Shown piece by piece: positions 23,786 through 38,149 of a stretch of 64,000 bases of DNA. A program made the translations under genes and the position numbers. Positions within the stretch are counted from its first letter, which is position 1, and each line of letters begins with the position of its first letter. A model generated the notes under the pieces. The model saw only the letters and a list, made by a program, of their open reading frames with translations, made no database searches and was not told where the DNA came from. The stretch comes from Felis catus (lineage: Eukaryota), in assembly GCF_018350175.1 (NCBI RefSeq), contig NC_058369.1, positions 11,162,001 through 11,226,000 of the forward strand, given 5' to 3'.

Positions 23786-24292
23786 CGTATGTGTCCACTG
23801 CGTCTCCATGAAAAACAAATTAATACAATTGGCCATCACCACTCGAGAAACGTAAGATACAAAGAAGCAGGCTGTGAGAAGTCAGACTGCAGTAGCAGCA
23901 GTGGCAAAAGCTGGGAACACACGAAAAGCGGCAGCACCGAAGGAAAGAGAGAGGGGAGGCACGGAGGGCAGAAACTTTAAAGACTGTTCTTTAATGATCA
24001 CGGTAATGCGTGCTCGTCGTGGAAAACTCTCTGTAATGCAGAAAACATAGAATCCTAATCCTATCCCTCATGACCATGATAAGGCTGGGTTGCTTTCCAG
24101 GTGGGGATATTTTGCCTACTTCCGGGTTTGGGGGGGTGGGGGAGGCAGGACGGAATGGGAGCTAGTATTTAATGGGGACAGAGTTCGAGTTTGTAGAATG
24201 AGGGCGTTCTGGACATGGATGACAGTGATGGCCGCACAACAGTGTGAATGGACTTAAGGCCACTAAACCATGCACTTAAAAATGGTCTCAAA

Positions 24293-24600
24293 GGGGGGGA
24301 CCCTGGGTGGCTCAGTCGGTGGAGCGTCCAGCTCTTGATTTCAGCTCAGGTCATGATCTCACAGTGGTGAGATCGAGCCCCACATTGGGCTCAGCGCTGG
24401 GCACGGAGGCTGCTTGAGATTCTCTCCCTCCCTCTCCCTCTGCCCCTCCCCCATGCTCTCTCTAAATATATATATTTATATATATATTTTATATATATTT
24501 ATATATATATTATATATATTTTTATATATATTTATATATATTTTATATATATTTATATATATATTTTATATATATTTATATATATGTTATATATATACAA
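24293..24600 (+). mobile_element. SINEC whose tail has expanded into a ~135 bp (TA)-rich tract (24463-24598)
   Basis: Directly visible. Confidence 0.85.
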
Positions 24601-25289
24601 AGATATTTTAATGGTTACAATGATAACATTTATGCCATGTATATTTTGCCACAATAAAAAGAATTAGAATCATGTCACTTTGCCTCTTTGTTGTCCTGTC
24701 TCTAGTGATTACTGGATTTTTATTATTATTCATCATACGCCTTAAGCGATTACGTCTATCTGCCATGATCTCAGTGGTTTACTTTAGTTCATCATATTCT
24801 GTCTCCCCCACTGGATGAGAAGCCCCAGGAGAGAAGGGGCTTTGTCTTGTCACTCTCTTTTCGTGGTTCTTAGCTCAGTGCCTGACACAGAGCAGGTGCT
24901 CAGTAAATATTTGTCAGATCAATCAATCCATCAGGAAAGAGAGATTTTCTGGTGGACCCCCAAGTCCACTATCTATTTCCGACCTGCTCTGCCACTGCAG
25001 GAGGCTGATCTTTATAGACCATATCAATAGACTCTCTGTTTTGGAAAATCTGGAAGGTTCCATTTAAAGAAGTCTCCAGCAGGAGATGGGAGCATGGAAG
25101 AGGATTAGGGAAGGAAACCTGGAAATTAGAAGGTGGGCTCACACAGCTGGGAGAGGACAAGACTTCTCCTCTCTGGCTCTGTCATTGGAGCACCGAAAAG
25201 GTGCTTGCCATGTGCCCAAGTGACAGGGAATGCCACAGAGATCGATCAGGAGTAGGCAGGGAACCACAGACGAAAAGGACAGATACCAT

Positions 25290-25752
25290 GATATCAACTT
25301 CCTAGAATGCCTTAACAGGTCACCACAAACTGGGGGCATTTAATCAACAGCAATGGTCTCTCACACTCCTGGAGACCAGAAGTCTGAAATCAAGGTGTTG
25401 GTGTTGGCAGGGTTACGCTTCCTCCAAGGCTCTAGGAGAGGATTCTTCCTTGCTTCTTCCAGTTTCTAGGGGTTACCAGCAAACACTGGCGTTCCTCAGC
25501 TTGTAGATGCATCATGCCAGTCTCCGCCTCCTTCTTTACATGGCCTAGTGTTTGTGTCTTCACATAGCCTTCCTGTAAAGACCTCTTCCATTGGACAGGG
25601 ACCCATCCTATCCAGCATAATCTCATTGTACTTAACTAACTACATCCACGAAGACCTTATTTCCAAGTAAGGTCACGTTCACAGGTACCAGGGGTAGGGA
25701 CATCAACATACCTTTGGCGGGGGGGGGGGGGGGGCAATTCAACCCTAACAGT
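25290..25752 (-). mobile_element. MLT1-type MaLR solo LTR
   Basis: TCTGGAGACCAGAAGTCTGAAATCAAGGTGT and CTTATTTCCAAGTAAGGTCAC are typical MLT1 motifs. Confidence 0.7.
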
Positions 25753-26544
25753 AGGTAGAGCTCTTTATCGGTCCTGCTCCTCCCCTTTTTTGGGTTCCCC
25801 CACAAATGCAAAGGATGCTTGGGGGTTGGCTAGCCAGAACAGGAATGTCCATGGATTATTTCCAAGTGTGGCAGGACCACCATCATTCAGTCATTTAACA
25901 AACAAGCATGAAGGGTCTTCTCTGTGCCAGGAAACGTGAGTTAGGCAACGTGATTCAGTTATGACTACGACAGATGAGATCCTCATCAAGGAGCTGACAT
26001 CTAGAGAAGGAGGTGAGTGAGAATCACAAACCAAAAGTGCTATGAAGAGAAGGAGGGCTACAGTGTGGCATGACAGTGTAATGCTTCCAATCAGATAGTC
26101 GAGGAAGGGCCCTTTGGGAAATAGTATTTGAACAGATACATAAAGGGTAAGAGAGAGTAAACCATATGAAAATACAGGAGAACATCCCAGAGGGAGAAGA
26201 ACATTCCAGAGAGAGGGAAAGCGAGAGCAAAGACCACGAGACTACGGAAGCTCAGTGAGCCTGAGCAGAGCATGGCTGACCCTTCATGATTCAAGGACAG
26301 AGTGGCAGGATATGGGGAAGGAAAGGTGGACAGGAGCCAGATGGTAAGGAACTGGGACTTTGTAGAGCATGGTAAGAAATTTGGCTATTCTAAACTTAAG
26401 GTTCACCTCACTGAATCTACCCCCTTAGACTTAAAGCCATAGTCATCCTAACCTAACAAGTAATACCTAAATCCACTAATGTGAATGAGCTTTTCTAGGG
26501 AGAAGATGAGGAATGAGAAGTGAATGGAAGATGGAAACCGAATG

Positions 26545-27060
26545 TGTCAGTTAGCTATTGTTGTATAACAAATTATCCCAAAACTCAGCAGCTTAAGACA
26601 ACACATATTTATTAAATGGGTTCTTGTGGATCAGGGCATAGCTTAGCTGAATCCATCAGCTCAGTCTCTCACCAGCCTGCAGACATGATGTTAGCTGGGG
26701 CTGCTATCTCTCCTCAAGGCTCGACTGGGAAAGAGTGTGCTTCTAGACTCACTCATGCGGTTCTCGGCAGGATTCAATCCCTTGTGGGTTATTGGACTGA
26801 GGGCTTCAGGTCACTGCTGGCTGAGAGCCAGGGATCCCTCAGTTCCTTGCCATCTGGGCTTCTCCATTTCTGAAAAAGTGAGCAAGACAAAAGCCATGAT
26901 CTCTTTATAACCTAATTCAGAAGTGGCATCCTATCATTTTTGCCATATTGTAGTCATTAGAAGTGAGTTACTAGGCCCAGCTCACACTCAAAGGGAAGAG
27001 ACTACACAAGGCATGAAGACCAAAATGTGGAGACCATTGGGGGCCACCTTCAAGGCTACC
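26545..27060 (-). mobile_element. MLT1-type MaLR solo LTR
   Basis: TGTCAGTTAGCTATTGTTGTATAACAAA...CCCAGCTCACACTCAAGGG. Confidence 0.65.
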
Positions 27061-28269
27061 AAACTCACCTGAAGAACTCTACACTTGAGGGGTGGATGGC
27101 AGACAACCAGCCAGTGAAGGGCCAGGACCAGAGGCAAAAGGGGAAAGTGTGAACGAGTATGGGGGATGATTCACATGTCAGGTGGTTGATAATTTCCAAT
27201 GCTACCTAGAGATCCAGTTGAATGGGACAGAAAAGAAACCCTGGAATTTGTCCATTGCAAGATGGCATTTCAGGGCACTGATGGGGACCAGAGTCATAGG
27301 GACCAGTCCGTATGCCTCACCAACAAGCATGGTCACCACCTTTGCAGGAGGTGACTGGGAAGAACCAGGAAGAACCTCCTCTCCCAGCCCCGGGGCTTCC
27401 CACTGTCTCCTGACACCTCCCCCCGGAGAGTGACCTCATTTCTCAAAGACAAAATTGATTCTAGGTCATATCCCCCTGGAACAAAAGACCAACTGATGTG
27501 ATTATCTCCAAGAGAAAGGGGGGCACCTACTAAAAGTAGAACCTGGTGCCCCAGAAGGGAAGACATCGGGGAACCTAAAAAGGGATCTCTGATAATTACC
27601 TGCCAAAATTTCAGAGTGAAGGGCATCTCCATGTAATACCAAAGGAAAAAAAGAAAGCAAAGCCAGAAGTTTTAGAAGGTTCTCCTTCCTCATACACCCT
27701 GCAATTTCACACTATTTAATCCAAGGGCAAAATTCTGTCCCCCACTTGGAAGCACTTGGCAGGCAGAACAGGTGGTCCCAGCAAAGATGGCTACAAAAAT
27801 CGGAGCTGCTGTAAAGCGTTCTTCATCATAAAAATCAGAGAGTTAATTTCAAAATATTATTCCCCATTGGGCTGAGTTAGAAATATGTGAACTTTGGTAT
27901 GTTGGGAGGAGGGAGATGTGTCTAACCATAACTATATATATGGGAGGAGGAGTAGAGGGAAATACTGGAGTGAAATCAAAACAGGTTCACAACAGATCTC
28001 TCTGGATGATAAAATTATAGATGATTCTCATTCTCTTCATTATATTTTTCTGCATTTTACACGCTTTTACACAATGTGTACCTGTTACTTTCATAGCATA
28101 AAAACAGGCTTATTTGTTAGCTTAAGAGAGGTATTTGGGTTTGAAAAGTAATGAGAATTTTTCCTACCCCTCTGGTCATGTATATGAATGCTTCTGAGGC
28201 ATTCTCTGGCTTTCATCATTTCTGCTCAGCCGCACATAGTTGAATTCTTGGAGACTGAGAGTTGACCCC

Positions 28270-28590
28270 AGCCGGGCTGCTATAACAAAATATCATAGAC
28301 ACGGTGGCTTATAAGCAACAGAAATCTATTTCTCACGGTTCTGGAGGCTAGGAAATCCAAGATCAATATGCCATTGGAGTCACTGTCTCATGAGGACTTC
28401 CTGGTTCATAGACAGCCAAATTCTCGCCTTGCCTTCACATGGAAGAAAGAGAAAGGGAGCTCTCTGGGGTCTCCTTCATAGGGCACCAATTTCATTTATA
28501 AGAGTTCCACCCTCATTACCTAATCACCTCTCCAAGGCCCCACCTCCTAATGCCATCACGTTGGGCATTAGGATTTTACATACAGACCCG
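28270..28590 (-). mobile_element. MLT1A-type MaLR solo LTR
   Basis: GGGCTGCTATAACAAAATA...GGCCCCACCTCCTAAT; a similar copy lies at 45312-45672. Confidence 0.75.
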
Positions 28591-29259
28591 TTTGGGATTA
28601 GCAGGTCCCAACCAAGGCTGTGACCAACAGGCTTTGAAAGCAGAGCAGACGACAGTTCACTCATTTCTCAAACACACGCATATATGTGTCGGGCTACTGG
28701 AAAGTATCCATCAGAGCCAGGAACTAGAGATGAGTTTTAGAAGTTGATAATAGTCACGCTCGGGTCAGAGGATGAAAATGAGAAGTTGGCGGACTGAGCA
28801 CTGAACCGCAGAACGCACCGATGTCAAAGTTGAAACAATGGTGCTATGCATTAGGAGTGTGTTGGCCCCAACGGGTTGAGCCAATAAAAAGCCGGAATGG
28901 AACAGACCACACCCCGACTCATGGCCCTGATGAATTAATTCCACCAGAGGCGCTTGAGCCCAAATCCTCCATACGTGGCCGGGCGCAAGAAAGCTTCCAC
29001 GGGTGTCCCACAGGTAGTTGGGCAGGAACAGTGCCCAACAGAAGTGCTCTGTACGTCAGGCAGCAAAACAACCCAGTACAACCCTCTGGCTGGGAAAACA
29101 GAAGCACTAAATGAACAAAGCAAAGGTTGGGTACAGCATGTTGTCCCAAGTGGACTGTCCCCCTGGGTCTTTGTGAAGCCCTCTCTGCCTCTCTTGGTAT
29201 TACAATAGCCCATTCATCTATTCACTCAATTAATAAACATGAAAAGTAAGCAGTTGCAC

Positions 29260-29773
29260 GGGGCGCCTGGGTGTCTCAGTCGGTTAAGCATCCGACTTGG
29301 GCTCAGGTCATGATCTCACGGTTCGTGGGTTCGAGCCCCGCGTCCGGCTCTGGGCTCAGGTCATGATTTCACGGTTCGTGGGTTCGAGCCCCGCGTCCGG
29401 CTCTGTGCTGACAGCTCGGAGCCTGGAGCCTACTTCAGAGGCTGTGTCTCCCTCTCTCTCTCTCTGCCCTCCCCCACTCGTGCTCAGTCTCTCTCTCCAA
29501 AATAAATGAACATTAAATTTTTTTAAAGTAAGCAATTGCATCATGCTTATTCTCTGTCAACCACAATCTTAAGGTGTTTTCTCTCTCTCTCCTTTTTAAT
29601 GTTTATTTATTTATTTTGATAGAGAGAGAGAGAGAGCAGGGGTGGGGCAGACAAAGAGGCTGCACTGGCAGTGCAGAGCCCGATGTGGGGCTCAATCCCA
29701 CAAACCTTGACATCCTGACCTGATCTGAAATCAAGAATCAGACGCTTGACCGACTGAGCCACCCAGGTGTCCC
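29260..29773. mobile_element. SINEC(+) with an internal 53-bp duplication (29260-29525) and SINEC(-) (29592-29773)
   Basis: Directly visible. Confidence 0.88.
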
Positions 29774-30411
29774 TAAGCTCTTTTCTCATATTAACTCATT
29801 TAATCCATGCCACGATCCTATTATCCTAGTCAACAGATGAGGAAACGGAGGCACGGAGAAGTAAGGGACTTGCCCAAGGTCACACAGAAAGTGTCTGAAT
29901 CATAAGATGAACCCAAGTCATCCAGCTCCAGAGTCTTGACCATGGCGCTATCCTGACTCTAGTGAAGATCTGTTGTGCAGACACCATTGGGCCCAGCGAC
30001 TACGCTAAACCCACATTCCTGTAGGTCCTGGACACAAGCCTCCATTGCTGAAGATTACCTGCCTCCATTGCTTCCTGGTGACCCTGCTGGGTCTCCAGCA
30101 TGGCCGGACTGGGAGGCTTTGGTTGACTGTCTTACTCCTCCCCATTACTGAATGGGTCCTTTGTTTTTGCAAAGCCAGGGTCATTCATTCCTTCTTCATC
30201 CTTACGCCTCTGAATCACTTAACAAGAAAATACACACTCAGCCCTTCACTCACATATTCATTTAATAATAAATGTTTACTGAGTGCTTAATATGAGCCAC
30301 AATCTGTACTTGATCCTGGGTACGGTAGCATATAAGAGAGGAAAGGTCACTACCCTCCTAAAACTCACAGCCTGATGGGCAAAATGAAAAAAGGAGAAAA
30401 GAAAAAAATCA

Positions 30412-31090
30412 GGGGCGCCTGGGTGGCTCAGTCGGTTGAGCGACCGACTTCAGCTCAGGTCATGATCTCACAGTTTGTGAGATTCAAGTGAGTTTGTGAG
30501 TTCAAGCCCCGCGTCGGGCTCTGTGCTGACAGCTCAGAGCCTGGATCCTGCTTCCGATTCTGTGTCTCCCTCTCTCTCTCTGCCCCTCCCCCACTCATGC
30601 TCGGTCTCTCTCTGTCTCAGAAATAAATAAACATTAAAAAAAAAATTTTTAGATAACAAATTAAATGTCCATCAATGGATAGACAAAATTCTGGCATATA
30701 AATATAATGGAACTTGGTCATAAAAAGAAATGAAACACTGGTACATGGTACAGCATGGACAAACCTTGAAATCATTGTGCTAAGAGAAAGAGGAAAGACA
30801 CAAAGGGTCACAGCGTACGATTAATTTACATGAAATATGAGAACAGGCAAATCCATGGAGACAGAAAGGAGACTAGTGTTTGCCCCGAGCTGGTGGGGGG
30901 GGGGGGGAGCTCAAATGGGAAGTGACTGCTGATGGGTATGGGGTTTTACGTGGGGGATGATGAAAATGCTTTGGACCTAGATAGAGCTGGCGGTGACACA
31001 ACATCATAAATATACTACTAAATGCCTCTGAATTGTGCACGTTAACATCATTAGTTTTATTTATGAGAATTTCATCTCCAAAAAAAAAAG
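30412..31090 (+). mobile_element. SINEC followed by an L1MB-like 3' end
   Basis: SINE head at 30412; AATGTCCATCAATGGAT...AACAGGCAAATCCAT L1 3'UTR. Confidence 0.75.
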
Positions 31091-32601
31091 GAAACAAATA
31101 AAATGATCACAGCCTATGATTGCCATCCATTCTTTCATCACATGTGTTTGAGAACCTACTATATGCCATGAGCTACGCTGGGCACTTGAGAGGAAGGTTC
31201 TTTCTAGGATTGGGGGAGGGGGCGGATTCTAAAGTAAATAAATGGATAAGAGGCTTTCAGGTAGTGATGAGTGACACCATATGAAGCCTGTAAACCTAAG
31301 AGAGCTACTTTTGAGCAAGTAGTCCAGGAAGACCCGTCTAAGAGGTGAGACCTCCATGAGGGACACCAAGAACCAAGCCAGGCAAAATCTTAAGGGAAAG
31401 AGATCAAACCAAAAGATAACAGCAAATGCAAAGGCCCTGGGGTAGGAACTAGCATGATGTGTTGGAGGAATACAAAGACAGCCAGGGAGACTGGGGCACA
31501 GTTAGTGGACCTGGGGGTGGGAGGTAGCAGACGAGTTAGTTCAGGGAAGTGAGAAAAGCCAGATCACGCAGAGCCTGGTGAGTAAAGAGTTTGGACTTTA
31601 TTCTAAGTACCACGGGGTTCACTGAAGGGCTTTAAGTAAGAAAAGGATGTGCTCTAGTGTAAAACGTAGTGCTGGCCGTGGTGTGGAGAATGAATCTCAG
31701 GAAGCGGGTATAGGCAGAGGGATCATGTGATGAGGGTTGATGACGGCAGTGAGACTAAGAATGTTGGCGGTAGCAGCGGAAGATCCCATTGGGGATAAAT
31801 TTTGAAGATAGGGCTGGCAGAACTTGTGGATGGGTTGGATGCAGACATGAAAAAGTAAGGAAGCTGCAAAGTTTTTAACATAAGCGACTGGGGGGGCTGG
31901 AGGGCCAGCTATCAAGTCAAGCAAAACTAGTGGAGGGAAAGACTGGGGCGATGCATCAAAAGTTTGGCTTGGGACCTGGCGAGTTTGGGGTGCCTACCAA
32001 ATGCTCAAGTAAACAGGCCACTGCTAGAAAGAAACAAAGGAGGTGACGCAATGGAGAACTGTGGGGGAGGCGTGGAGGGCAGCCGTCTCTTCTTTCTTCC
32101 CCAGACTGGAACCTGCTTCCTATGTTGAAGGAAATCTACATCAGCTGCGTCTCCGTAGGAGCTAACGTTCTCCATTCTGCCCTTGAAACAAGAGTCTCAG
32201 GGCCAGCGCACTCTCCTGGCTTCCCTTGCAGCTGGGGCATGGCCACGTGACACAGGCTCAACCAATTAGATGCAGCCAGCTTACACCCTGGGAACCAGAA
32301 AGGTGGAGAGGCAGGTGCCATGGAGAACTGACTGGTGGGGGGCTACCTCCAGCAGCAGCCTCCAAGATAGACCACACAGCTGAACGGTTCTGCAGTGGTA
32401 GGCGCCACGTGTCTTATTGTTGTTGTTATTGTTGGTTTGGGGGGAGGCGGTTGGTTTTGGTTTGGGGCTGTTTGTTTGTTTGGATTTGGGCTGTGATTCT
32501 GACTGTATGGCCATCTTTTCTGTTTCTCTGGATTGCACCAAAAAGTCCTGAGCGGTGGGAAAGAGTAGAGCTGAGATATGGTACTAAGGAGCGAGCCTTT
32601 T

Positions 32602-32815
32602 GGGGCACCTGGGTGGCTCCGTTGGTTAAGCAGCCGACTTCAGCTCAGGTCATGCTCTCACGGTTGGTGAGTTCGACCCCCGGGTCTGGCTCTGTGCTGA
32701 CAGCTCAGAGCCTGGAACCTGCTTCAGATTCTGTGTCTCCCTCTCTCTCTGCGCCTCCACCGCTTGTGCTCTGTCTCTCTCTCAAAAACAAATAAACTTT
32801 TTTTTAACTTTTTTA
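32602..32815 (+). mobile_element. SINEC ~450 bp upstream of the CCDC105 ATG
   Basis: Head and tail present; degenerate TSD TAAGGA..GAGCCTTTT. Confidence 0.88.
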
Positions 32816-32999
32816 AGGAAAGAGCCTTTTAAGATAGTGATAGTTGAGCTCGGTTCTGAAGACTGGAAAAGAGCCAGCCCTGGGAGGGAAGGACAGGCAA
32901 AGGAGGATGCCACCCGGAAGGAACAGCGAATCCGAGGCTTTGACAAGGCGGGAAAGAGCTTAGCGCGTCCCAGCAGCTGGAAGGAGGCCTGTGTTGCTG

Positions 33000-33932
<933 letters not shown>

Positions 33933-34727
33933 TGAGAAAACCTCTCCCCGTAGAGAGAACCCCCACCTCCACCCCAGGAGTAAGGGCAACAGAAGATGAG
34001 GACACCCCCCAAGACGGGGTGCCTCGATTCTGAGCCCAGAAGGTGAGGCCCTCCCGTGGGCGTGAGACCCTCAAAGCCCAGTGAAAACACATCCAAAGCC
34101 CCACACACACCTCGCTGAGGACAGTAGGTGATGTAAACCCACCCCAAACCCCCACCCCACCCCCAGCCCCGCTGAGGACAGTAGGTGATGTCCTGGTCCC
34201 AACCCTTGAAACTCTCCTCAAAATGTTTTTTTTTTTTTAAGCCCCAGTCCTCCCCACCACAGCCTCCGAGAGTGAGAACCCCTCCCCTGGCCTCATCTGG
34301 GGAGAAAGGAACAGGTCCTGCTTACAGGTTGAGACCCTCAAACTCTGAGTCCTTGCACCTGGGAGTCACATCCCCAGCCAGAGAAAGAGCGAGACCCCCT
34401 AGTCTCAGCCCTGGTGACGTCCTCCCCGTAAAGTGAAACACAGACCCTCACCCCAAAAGTGGGGAACATTCCAGCCTCCCCAGGGGATGACGAGACCCCA
34501 CGGAGAAGCTCCCACCTCCACCCTCTAAAGGGTAAGACACCCCACCCGGTGACAGCCCCCTGAAAGAATAAAGCCTTCTCAGAGAGATTCCCAATGGGCA
34601 AGAGCACCCCCAACTCCATTCTCCAAACCGAGAGCTTACGAACTTGGCAAACCCTCTCCTACCCTGGAAGGAGAAATCTCCGTCCAGCCCTCTCAAAGGT
34701 GTGAGAGAGTCTCTCCTTGTCTGCTAG

Positions 34728-35000
<273 letters not shown>

Positions 35001-35267
35001 TGAGAGATGGAGTTGGGCCTCGGAATAACAATGAACACCCCTTCTGAGCCGAGCCCTGTGCAGTCACTGAGCTAACATCTTAAAACACTCCTGTGAAATA
35101 GAAACGATGATCCCCTCATTAGAGACAGGAAAACTGAGGCTCGGAGAGACACAGACTCAACCAAGGCACAGGGCTAGCCAGTGGCAGGGCTGTGGGTCAA
35201 GCTCAGGTGTCTTTTTGCTTCCATCTTTATCAAGATATAATTGACAATTTATTTTTTTTTATTTAAA

Positions 35268-36885
35268 GGTTTTTTTTTAACGTTTATTTATTTTTGAGAC
35301 AGAAAGAGAGCATGAACAGGGGAGGGTCAGAGAGAGAGGGAGACAGAATCTGAAGCAGGCTCCAGGCTCTGAGCTGTCAGCACATAGCCCGACGCGGGGC
35401 TCGAACCCACGAACTGTGAGATCGTGACCTGGGCTGAAGTCGAACACTTAACCGACTGAGCCACCCAGGCGCCCCTAATTGACAACTTAAAATTGTATAT
35501 ATTCAAGGTGTACAACTTGATGATTTGATAATGGTCTGGTTTCTCTTCAGAGCGCATAAATCTTTCGCCTCTTACAACTTGATGATTTGATATATGTAGA
35601 CATTGTGAAATAATCACCATAGTCAAGGTAGTTAACATATCCATCACCTCACATACTTACCTTTATGTATGTGTGGGAGAACACTGAAGATCTAAACTCT
35701 TAGCAAATTTCAATTATAAAATGCGATATTGTTCTCTATAGTCACATTGTTCTATATTAGATCTCCAAACTTAAGCATCTTGCATCGCTGAAACTTTGTG
35801 CCCCTTGACCAACATTTCCCCCATTTCTCCCTCCCCCCAGGGCCCGGAAACCACCATTCTATGCTCTGCTGCCATGCATCTGACTATTTTAGATTCCACA
35901 TATAAGTGAGATCTTTTTGCATCTGGTTTATTTCATTCAGCGTAATAATGAACCTCCAGGCTCATCTATGTTGTCATAAATGGCAAGATGTCCTTTTTCA
36001 AGGCTGAATAATATTCTGTTGCATATATAATATTATATACATATTATATTATCTATCATGTATTATACTATTGTTATATATTATTAATATATGATGTTAA
36101 TATTATAAAACATTGATTATTATCTTAGTATTTTATATAATTTATAATATGTATATTATATATTACATTACATATTAATATAGTCTATAACAATATACTA
36201 TATATTGTATGCTATATACTATATATTATAGCATATAAACTATATAATATATGCTATATATATTAATATGCCATATCTTATGTACTGTAATACAATACAT
36301 AATACATAGCATGTATAATATATAATATATATTATTAAGTATCTTTTTAATATATATTAACTATGATTATATCATTATATAATATTATGATTATATAATT
36401 GTTATTATAAATTTTATAAAGCTTACATATGATATAATATAATTATAATATTATAATATTATATAATAAATAATATGTTTATATAATTATATTATATTAT
36501 ATTATTATATTACATTTACATAATTATATCATTATACAATTATATATTATATCATTTATATAACATAATTTCTATATATGATATGTGTAAATATACAACA
36601 TATTGTAAAATATTACATGTTATAATATATTCTATATTACATAATTATTTTATATATTATAGTATATTATGATATCAATGTTTTGATTATAATACATCAA
36701 TATTATATAATTAATATGATAATAGTATATATATCACATTGTTCCTTATTCACTAACCTATCAACAGACATTTAGATTGTTTTCATGTCTTGGCTATTGT
36801 AAGTAATGCTGAAATGAACATGGGAGTGCCGATATCTCTTTGAGATGCTGATTTTCTTTGGATATATACCCAGAAGTGGGAGAAC
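35268..36885 (-). mobile_element. SINEC(-) 35268-35475 plus L1 3' end (-) ~35480-36885 containing an AT-rich expansion
   Basis: L1 motifs GATTCCACATATAAGTGAG and ATATATACCCAGAAGTGG flank the AT tract. Confidence 0.82.
36022..36735. repeat. ~710 bp degenerate (TA)n/ATATT low-complexity tract in CCDC105 intron 2
   Basis: Almost entirely A/T by inspection. Confidence 0.95.
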
Positions 36886-38149
36886 CACCTTGTGAGTCAG
36901 CTCAGATGTCTTGAGCCTAGCTCTTTACATGTAATATGTGCTCAATCTTTGCCACCTCCAGCCAGAGACGGTCTCTCACTACATCCTTCACTCTTGCAAC
37001 AAGGGTTTCTTTATGAGGGCACTAATGAAGACGAAAAGGCAGCCAGGTTTGATGGAACCCTTGGGACCAGTTAAAGTTAGCTAGTAACTTGTGTGTGCTT
37101 TTGACTCATGTATTTAACAACTATTAATCCAGTACCCCGGTGTCTGGGTACCATGCTTGGCACTGAAGACAAAGTAATGAAGAGGACAGAGACGGCCTTG
37201 CCCTCAGAGTTCACATTACAAGGACATTCAAATAAGGGACAGACCAGGGTCCTGGGTGAGGTTGGGAGAGGAAATTTAAGAGCTGGTTGCACCACTATCC
37301 GTGGTGCTGAACCTTAGCTGTGCTCACCCACCACACCCCCAGGCCAGGGTCATATTCTTTTAAATCTGGTGAGTCCTGAAAAATCCTTTGAGAAAGTCTG
37401 AAACTGACAAGGGAGAAGACCCTGAGGTTGGCCCCAGTAGGGAAGGGTTTGCAAGAGAGAAAGGTGAATGGAGAGGTGGGAGAAAAAAAAAACAGAGATG
37501 GAAATTGAGAAGGGCCACTGGAGAGGCCTAATGTACCTATTTCTGGAGAAAAATGCTTACATCCAAACAGACCTGTTTCAACTTAAGGTAATGAATTCAA
37601 ATTGGCACTCAGAACCTTCCCAGGGATCTCACTGCATGTGTCTAGAAGGTTTGTTGTCCCACTGGGCAAGTTATTTCATTCTTTCTCTTCCTTCAGACCT
37701 CTCCATTCCTGCTTTCCTCATTCTCAATGAATGACCCCAACTCATGGGAGTCACTGAAGGGAACCTCATTATTCCTCTGCCAATGCTGTAATTCCGTCTA
37801 CCTCTGCACCCACCTTCTCCCCGTTCTCCTGTACCACCAATATTTCCATCTTCGTTGGATCATTCTCACCAGTGAACGAATGGGGAATTATTCTCTAACA
37901 AGAACAGATCTGTTTGGGATAATAAAAAAAAAAATTTCTGGAAACGGACAGAGGTGGTGGGTACACATTAATGTCACTGAACTGTGCACTTAAAATGGTT
38001 AAAATGGAAAATTTTGTTATGTCTGTTTTACAATACAAAACAAAACAAAAACAAAACCCTCTAGATCCCATGCTCCCCTCCAGGTAATCCCCATTTCTCT
38101 GATCCACTCACTAACCAGTCTTGTCTGCATATATTGACCCTGTCATTTC

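Noticed and set aside
28942..28955. CTCF-like CCACCAGAGGCGCT
   Set aside because: Lacks one G of the core spacing; unsupported without ChIP or conservation data
34113..34191. CRISPR-like repeat-spacer-repeat (22 bp, 35 bp, 22 bp)
   Set aside because: Only two repeats, in a mammalian intron, with no cas genes; reported instead as a local tandem repeat
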